A stretch of 64,000 bases of DNA, taken from contig OY843584.1 of assembly GCA_963692915.1 (NCBI GenBank), forward strand, positions 96,001 through 160,000, read 5' to 3'. The notes under the pieces are model-generated. The model did no database searches. It was given only the letters and a program-made list of their open reading frames with translations, and was not told the origin of the DNA. Source of the DNA: Cenarchaeum sp. (GTDB taxonomy: Archaea; Thermoproteota; Nitrososphaeria; Nitrososphaerales; Nitrosopumilaceae). The position numbers and the translations under genes were made by a program. This document shows, in pieces, positions 58,632 through 64,000 of the stretch (position 1 is the stretch's first letter; every line of letters begins with the position of its first letter).

Positions 58632-59384
58632 ATGGCCTTTGAGGAGGCCATCGCAGCAGTGGCGGCTGACGCAATGCGTTTTGTAAGGGACGGCGACACC
58701 CTTGGACTTGGCAGCGGGAGGGCCGCGACTGCGTTCGTGCGCGCACTAGGCGAGCGCGTCCGAACCGACGGGCTTGACGTGCGCGGCATACCCACGTCGA
58801 TGCAGATACGCCTAGTCGCCGAGGACGCCGGCGTGCCGCTCGTCGATGCCGGCATGGCCACCTCGATAGACGCGGCCTTTGACGGCGCAGACCAGATAGA
58901 CGCGCGCGGCAACATGGTAAAGGGAGGCGGCGGGGCGCTCTTGCGTGAAAAGATCATCATCTCGTCGGCGCGGCGCGTCATCATCATGGCCGATCGCACA
59001 AAGTTCGCGCGCAACCTCTCAATCCCAGTCCCAGTCGAGGTTCACGCGTCTGCCCGCTCGCATGTGGCATCGCGCGTGGAAAAACTCGGCGGCGCGCCGT
59101 CGATCAGGCGCGACGCGCGCGGCTATCCGGCGTTCACCGAGAACGGCAACATTGTCCTGGACTGTGACTTTGGAACCGTGCGCGAGCCGGCCTCCCTGGA
59201 GCGCTCACTGGCTCGCATCGCCGGCGTCATGGAGTCAGGCCTCTTTACGTCGCGCACGGCCGCAATATACAGGGCCGGCCCACGGGGAAAATTTGAGGTT
59301 ATTGGAGCGGCGAGACGAGGCGCCCGTGCCCCGCCGGCCCGACGACCTCTAGGCCGTCGGCGACGAGCGAGCCGCGCACAATAG
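58632..59384 (+). CDS. rpiA: Ribose-5-phosphate isomerase A
   Basis: GLGSGRA, DGADQID, KGGGGALLREKI, TENGNIVLD. Confidence 0.96.
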   Translation: MAFEEAIAAVAADAMRFVRDGDTLGLGSGRAATAFVRALGERVRTDGLDVRGIPTSMQIRLVAEDAGVPLVDAGMATSIDAAFDGADQIDARGNMVKGGGGALLREKIIISSARRVIIMADRTKFARNLSIPVPVEVHASARSHVASRVEKLGGAPSIRRDARGYPAFTENGNIVLDCDFGTVREPASLERSLARIAGVMESGLFTSRTAAIYRAGPRGKFEVIGAARRGARAPPARRPLGRRRRASRAQ

Positions 59385-60699
59385 TCTTGACGGGCCAGCC
59401 CTTTAGGGACATCCCGTCATAGACGCTATAGTCCGAGTGGCCGCCAAAGATCGTGTGGTCGAGCTTGCGCTCCAGGTGCGTGTCCACTATGGCGATATCT
59501 GCGTCGAATCCGGCCTCGATTGGGCCCTTTTGCGGCGAGAGCGCAAATATGCGCTCGGCGTTTGCGCTAGTCAGCTCGGCGAGGCGGTTTAGCGTGAGCC
59601 TTCCGCGATTGAGGCCCTCGCTCAGTAAAAGCGGAAGCGATGCGCCGATTCCGGGAAATCCGGCAAGCGCGCCCCACACGTCGCTGCCTGCAAGCTTTGC
59701 ATCGCGCGTGTTGGCGACGTGGTCGGTCCCTATCGTGTCTATCTCGCCGCGCGCGATGGCGTTCCAGACGGCATCAACGTCAGACTGCGAGCGCACCGGC
59801 GGCATGACCTTTGCGAGGTATCCGTCGCGACCCTCGTGCGAGAGCGCAAGATAGTGCGGGCACGTCTCAACGTGTATGCGCGTCCCGCGTGACCTCTCGA
59901 GGCGGATCTGCTCGAGCGCGCGCGCCGAGCCGATATGCACAAAGTATATCGTGCAGCCGTGGCGCCTTGCCATCTCGCAGACGCGCGTAATTGCTGCGGC
60001 CTCGTACTCGGGCGAGCGGCTCTCTGACCACGCGCGCAGTCCGTCGTTGCCGGCTGCGCGCGACTCGCGCATCGAGCACGCGCATGACTCATAGTCCTCG
60101 GCATGAACGCAGACTGGCAGGCCGGTCCGCGAGGCCTTTTTGACCACCTTGTCGACTAGCGCGTCACTGACCTCGACGTCGGCCATCTGTGGCGTGTCTG
60201 CCCCGGGATCGAGGTCCATGTGGACGTGGCCAATCTCACCGCCGAGGTTCATGTAGACCTTGAAGGATGATATTCCGGTGACTGCCGTCTCGTACATCTC
60301 CTCGGCCTGCGCGTCATTGAATATCGAGGCGTGGATGCCATAGTCCACGTGGTGGGCCTGTGCGCTCGCCTCGAGCTGCGGGCCGAGCGCACTCGAGTAG
60401 GGGTCTGTCCTGCGCAGCATGCGCATCATTGTCGTCACGCCGCCGATCGCCGCCGCGTGTGACTCAGTCGCCGCGGCCCTGTCTATGGGCGTGTATACGC
60501 CATAGTGGACGTGCGTGTCTATGGCGCCAGGAAGCGAGACTAGCCCTTCGGCCCTTATGCGCGTGTCGCACGCCGGCTCGTCGGTCGTGACTGCGGTGAC
60601 CTTGCCGCCGTCTATGACGATGTTGCGGTCCAGGACGCCCTTTGGCGTGACGACGTGCGAGCCCGTTATGACCATGTCGTGTGCCACTGTGGAGCCCAC
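59299..60699 (-). CDS. Dihydroorotase/hydantoinase family cyclic amidohydrolase
   Basis: DTHVH, HAED, ETCPHYL, KVMPPVR, GTDH, GFDADIAIVD. Confidence 0.85.
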   Translation of the reverse strand: MGSTVAHDMVITGSHVVTPKGVLDRNIVIDGGKVTAVTTDEPACDTRIRAEGLVSLPGAIDTHVHYGVYTPIDRAAATESHAAAIGGVTTMMRMLRRTDPYSSALGPQLEASAQAHHVDYGIHASIFNDAQAEEMYETAVTGISSFKVYMNLGGEIGHVHMDLDPGADTPQMADVEVSDALVDKVVKKASRTGLPVCVHAEDYESCACSMRESRAAGNDGLRAWSESRSPEYEAAAITRVCEMARRHGCTIYFVHIGSARALEQIRLERSRGTRIHVETCPHYLALSHEGRDGYLAKVMPPVRSQSDVDAVWNAIARGEIDTIGTDHVANTRDAKLAGSDVWGALAGFPGIGASLPLLLSEGLNRGRLTLNRLAELTSANAERIFALSPQKGPIEAGFDADIAIVDTHLERKLDHTIFGGHSDYSVYDGMSLKGWPVKTIVRGSLVADGLEVVGPAGHGRLVSPLQ

Positions 60700-60856
60700 T
60701 TGCGCCTGCGTCTCTATATTCCTTTAAGGCCGTGCGCGCGCCTGTGGGGAGCCTTGCAGTTCTGGTGCCAAATTCCCTGGCATGGCGGCGATTGGGCACA
60801 GTTGTAATGCCAATCTTCATATAATGTTGGCACGTGCTATCCTGCCGTTGGAATTC

Positions 60857-61018
60857 ATGGTGACTCGAAGGATTGTGAACGGCGGACGGTCTGCTAGGCG
60901 TGGCGTCGGTGCCGTGCGCGCAGGCGAGGCCGTGTATGGCCGCCACGTCAAGGCGTGGAGGGCCATAGCGGACAGGGCGCTGGCCAACATCGGCTGCACC
61001 GCGGGGGCTAGGCCCTAG
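60857..61018 (+). CDS. Small basic protein with RHVKAWR motif
   Basis: CATATAAT about 32 nt upstream; motif shared with 61273-61497; abuts the next ATG. Confidence 0.45.
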   Translation: MVTRRIVNGGRSARRGVGAVRAGEAVYGRHVKAWRAIADRALANIGCTAGARP

Positions 61019-61273
61019 ATGACCGAGACAAGGCCGGTGCGTGGGATAACGTACACGATAAAGGTGCACCCCGACGTGGCGAGGGACGGCAAGGCCATAC
61101 TCGACTCGATGCCCGGGGCCGAGCGCGAGCGGTACCTCGGGAGCGTCAGGGACGGCACGTTCACGCTCACCGAGACGTATGGCATACTCGCCATGGGCGA
61201 GGCCATATCGCGCGGCCGGGAGAGGGGCACGAGGGCGCGCAACGTGCGCGAGGGTCTGGAGGCGCTGTCCTGA
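61019..61273 (+). CDS. Small hypothetical protein (84 aa)
   Basis: ATG start, GC-rich third positions, TGATG coupling with the next ORF. Confidence 0.6.
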   Translation: MTETRPVRGITYTIKVHPDVARDGKAILDSMPGAERERYLGSVRDGTFTLTETYGILAMGEAISRGRERGTRARNVREGLEALS

Positions 61274-61497
61274 TGACGAACTGCAACTGCGGCAACGGCT
61301 CTGCCCCGCACAAGGTCTGGTGCGCCATCCGCTCCGCCCAGCGCGAGCGACGCATGACACAGGCAGTGCGCCACGAGCCAAAACTGACAAAGGCACAAAA
61401 GCGCCTCGCCGACCATGACCGACACGTCAAGGCGTGGCGCGAGGTAGTCGAGAGGGTGCGCAACAACCTGGACAGCAATGCAGAGAACAAGTCCTAA
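61273..61497 (+). CDS. Small basic protein with RHVKAWR motif
   Basis: DRHVKAWREVVERVRNNL; translationally coupled start. Confidence 0.55.
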   Translation: MTNCNCGNGSAPHKVWCAIRSAQRERRMTQAVRHEPKLTKAQKRLADHDRHVKAWREVVERVRNNLDSNAENKS

Positions 61498-61889
61498 TGG
61501 CGGCCACAGCCACGCAAAGAGCCCCGGTTCAGCGTTGATGTCATGGTGGCAAATGCATACAATGCCATATTCGACAGGATGACACCCGAGTATCCGCCAT
61601 GGTTACCATCGGCATCTTTGTGATGATGGCCGCATTCGTTGTCGTGGACGAGAAGGGACCCTAAAACTATGCGGCTCTGTGGCCTGCCAGCGCGCAGATG
61701 CGCCTCGGTCACGCCGGCGTGGCCAGTCATCTGGCCGCGCCACTCTGGTGTGATGCGCTCGATGGACACCGGCCGCGCGACAAGATCCCCGTCACCGACA
61801 CCCCGTCATCACTCTGCCCCATTGCGCGACCCCGTGCGCACGATACGGGGTAAATGGTTAAAAGAAGCGCACCCTCGCCGGTTGCGCAC

Positions 61890-61964
61890 GGGCCAGTGGT
61901 TTAGTGGTATAATGCCGCGTTCGCAACGCGGAAGTCAGGGGTTCAATTCCCCTCTGGTCCACCA
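61890..61964 (+). tRNA. tRNA-Ala(CGC)
   Basis: Acceptor stem GGGCCAG/CTGGTCC with G3:U70 and A73, encoded CCA; anticodon arm CCGCG-TTCGCAA-CGCGG; T-loop GTTCAATTC. Confidence 0.95.
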
Positions 61965-61976
61965 CATGATCTACGC

Positions 61977-63374
61977 CTAGGCGCCGGCTGCGCACCTGTT
62001 CGGGCCGGCCTCGAGGTCGGGGATCATTGCGGGGTTTAGCGGCATCGAGCCGCGATTGAAGCGGATTATCATCGAATAGTTTGGCGGCTTTGGCGGGATC
62101 GATGCAGTCACCCTCTTGACAAACTCGCCCCTCTCGGCGCCATAGAGCTCGCCTGACTTTAGCGCACCGACGCCGATGCCGTACGAGCCGTCTGGCGACG
62201 GCGTGGCGTCCTCTGACCTGTGTGACGGGAGTATGAGCGTGCCCTCGGGCAGCGCGCCGAGCCTCGAGTGGATTGTGTCATGCAGCTCGCCGGCAGCAGA
62301 CTCGGCGTCCTCGTGGAGGTCAGGCCTCCCGACACCGCCGGCAAACGCCGTGTCGCCGCAGAACGCAAGGCTCTCGGTGACATATGCCATGCTGCCCGGC
62401 GTGTGGCCCGGCACGCGCATAGCGCGCAGCTCGCCATCGCCAAACCGTATCGCATCACCATCACCAATGCGCTCGCACTCTATGTCATATTTCTCGCCGG
62501 CGCTAAGGTAGAGCTTTGCGCCAGTCGATGCCGCAAGCTCCCTTGATGCAGATATGTGGTCTGCGTGGCAGTGCGTGTCGGCGACTGCGACGATCTCGGC
62601 TCCAGCACCAGCGGCAATCCTCGCGTATGCGCCGACGGGATGGACTGCGTCGATGACGGCGGCCTTGCCCCCACTTGCGACAATGTACGAGAGGCAGCCC
62701 TTGCCGACCTTTTCGACCTGGATGACCTCCACGCTGCCACTCGATATCTTTTTGGGGACAAGAACCTGGCTCCAGCCGGCCATGCCGCCGTCAAGTGACG
62801 TAGACTCTATGCCGTTTCGCGCAAGCGCAAACGTGGCGACCATTGAGCGGTTGCCATGCGAGCATATCGTGACGACCTTTTTGTCCCTCGGTATGGCATC
62901 ACACGCGCCCTTTTCAAAGAGTTTGGCCAGCGGCACGTTGACTGCGCCGTCGATCATGTGCGCCGCGCACTCATCAGGCTCCCTGACATCGAGGAGGAAC
63001 ACGTCACTGCGACTCTGCCAGAGCTCGTCACCGGAGATGAGCGGGCTGTGCGAGCCCTTTATGGTCTGGCCTGCCCAGCTGGCCATGCCGCCCTCGAGGT
63101 GGTGCGCGTCGATGCCAAACTGGGCCATCATGCCGGCGTTGCGAGACGACTCGGCCCCGTCGGCGTCGATTAGGACCACCTTTGAGCCGCGCGGCATCTT
63201 TGCCATGATGATCTGCTTTTGCTGCATCGAGCCGCAGCGCGCGTTGGCCGCGCCCCTCACGTGGCCGGCCACATAGTCATCGGCGGGTCGCATGTCGAGT
63301 ATCATCGTGCCGTCGCCTGCGGCGATGATCGACTCTAGGTCGCCTGCGCTGATTCCCGTGCCCATTGCTGGCAT
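61977..63374 (-). CDS. Double rhodanese plus metallo-beta-lactamase (persulfide dioxygenase-like) fusion
   Basis: LDMRP...GHVRGA, LDVRE...CSHGNRS, THCHADH, PGHTPGS, GRPDL, LEAGPNRCA. Confidence 0.88.
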   Translation of the reverse strand: MPAMGTGISAGDLESIIAAGDGTMILDMRPADDYVAGHVRGAANARCGSMQQKQIIMAKMPRGSKVVLIDADGAESSRNAGMMAQFGIDAHHLEGGMASWAGQTIKGSHSPLISGDELWQSRSDVFLLDVREPDECAAHMIDGAVNVPLAKLFEKGACDAIPRDKKVVTICSHGNRSMVATFALARNGIESTSLDGGMAGWSQVLVPKKISSGSVEVIQVEKVGKGCLSYIVASGGKAAVIDAVHPVGAYARIAAGAGAEIVAVADTHCHADHISASRELAASTGAKLYLSAGEKYDIECERIGDGDAIRFGDGELRAMRVPGHTPGSMAYVTESLAFCGDTAFAGGVGRPDLHEDAESAAGELHDTIHSRLGALPEGTLILPSHRSEDATPSPDGSYGIGVGALKSGELYGAERGEFVKRVTASIPPKPPNYSMIIRFNRGSMPLNPAMIPDLEAGPNRCAAGA

Positions 63375-63522
63375 GGCGATTCATGCCAAATTTAGCGTTT
63401 TGCCGTGAGCCGCCTGTGGCTTGACGGCATGTGCGCACACGTGCCTGTCCGGTGCGGCCGGCACCGTACGTGCGCGCGGCTGCGCCGACACGATTTTACA
63501 AGGCGCAGCCCGTGCGCGCCCC

Positions 63523-64000
63523 ATGTGGCGCGCGTATGGCCTTCTCGTGCTGGCGATCCTGGTGATCCCGTGCGCAGCGTCTGCGCAGATAATCTCGCCG
63601 GGCGACCCCGTTCAGCCCCCGCGGGGCCAGCAGGGCACGCCTGGCCTCATCCCTGATCCGGTCGGGCGCACCGGCGCACTCTTGCCGACGCCGACTCCGC
63701 AGGGAGGCGCACAGGACGGCTCTGCGGCACAGGGCCTCTGGGTCTCGCACGCGCGCATGTCAGTCGCGCGCTCTGAGGTCGCCGTCGTCGCAGTCGACGA
63801 CACGGTCTACGTTATCGCCGGACTCGACGCCGACGGCCGCGCGACGCGCACACTAGAGGCATACGACACTGTGTCTGGAACGTGGAGCACGCGCGCACCC
63901 GCGCCCGATGCGCTGCACCATGCGGCCGCTGCGACTGATGGTGCGCTAGTCTATGTCGTTGGCGGATACACGCCCTTTGGCATTCCTTCATCCTCGCTAT
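63523..64000 (+). CDS. Secreted Kelch-repeat protein, runs off the right edge
   Basis: Hand translation: MWRAYGLLVLAILVIPCAASAQ signal; RSEVAVVAVDDTVYVIAG...YDTVSGTW...HHAAAATDGALVYVVGG. Confidence 0.85.
   Translation, partial: MWRAYGLLVLAILVIPCAASAQIISPGDPVQPPRGQQGTPGLIPDPVGRTGALLPTPTPQGGAQDGSAAQGLWVSHARMSVARSEVAVVAVDDTVYVIAGLDADGRATRTLEAYDTVSGTWSTRAPAPDALHHAAAATDGALVYVVGGYTPFGIPSSSL

Noticed and set aside
61494-61769. Minus-strand ORF with ECGHHHKDADGN...LNRG, faintly like a TnpB C-terminus
   Set aside because: No paired Cys motif or NAAxNI; similarity too weak to call.
61890-61964. tRNA-Ala as the attachment site of an integrated element
   Set aside because: I found no duplicated tRNA end and no integrase in the window.
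5690-63276. Numerous long antisense or alternate-frame ORFs (e.g. 6572-7432, 24048-24950, 39626-40522, 57515-58423)
   Set aside because: Shadows of recognisable genes on the opposite strand, caused by GC-rich codon bias.

Overview
High-GC ammonia-oxidising archaeon (Nitrososphaerota/Thaumarchaeota, Nitrosopumilaceae- or Cenarchaeum-like, inferred from amoC, archaeal ribosomal and exosome genes, an S-layer-like paralogue and the LysW pathway). Most of the window is core genes: rpl2, CDC48, dnaG, ribK/ribL, dph5/dph2, a LysW-dependent Lys/Arg cluster with two carrier/ligase pairs, leuA-like, pheA, guaA/guaB, folP/mptE, thermosome, cobalamin genes, asd, cyoE, purU, rpiA and tRNA-Ala(CGC). Accessory patches are a low-GC ORF at the left edge, two secreted HYR-containing proteins (one with a tandem duplication, one a trypsin-like protease), a solitary amoC, a duplicated segment encoding small membrane peptides, an AT-rich type III R-M island, and a 3-ORF mini-operon near the tRNA. 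Top leads: (1) the type III mod gene is frameshifted at a G11 tract and one more G restores it, a candidate phase-variable methyltransferase in an archaeon; (2) a ~112-bp MITE-like family with terminal inverted repeats and an 8-bp target duplication, lying at accessory-DNA junctions; (3) a LysW carrier ending in EDWGQ instead of EDWGE; (4) a Fur-box-like palindrome upstream of the solitary amoC. All calls come from reading the sequence; no database searches were run.
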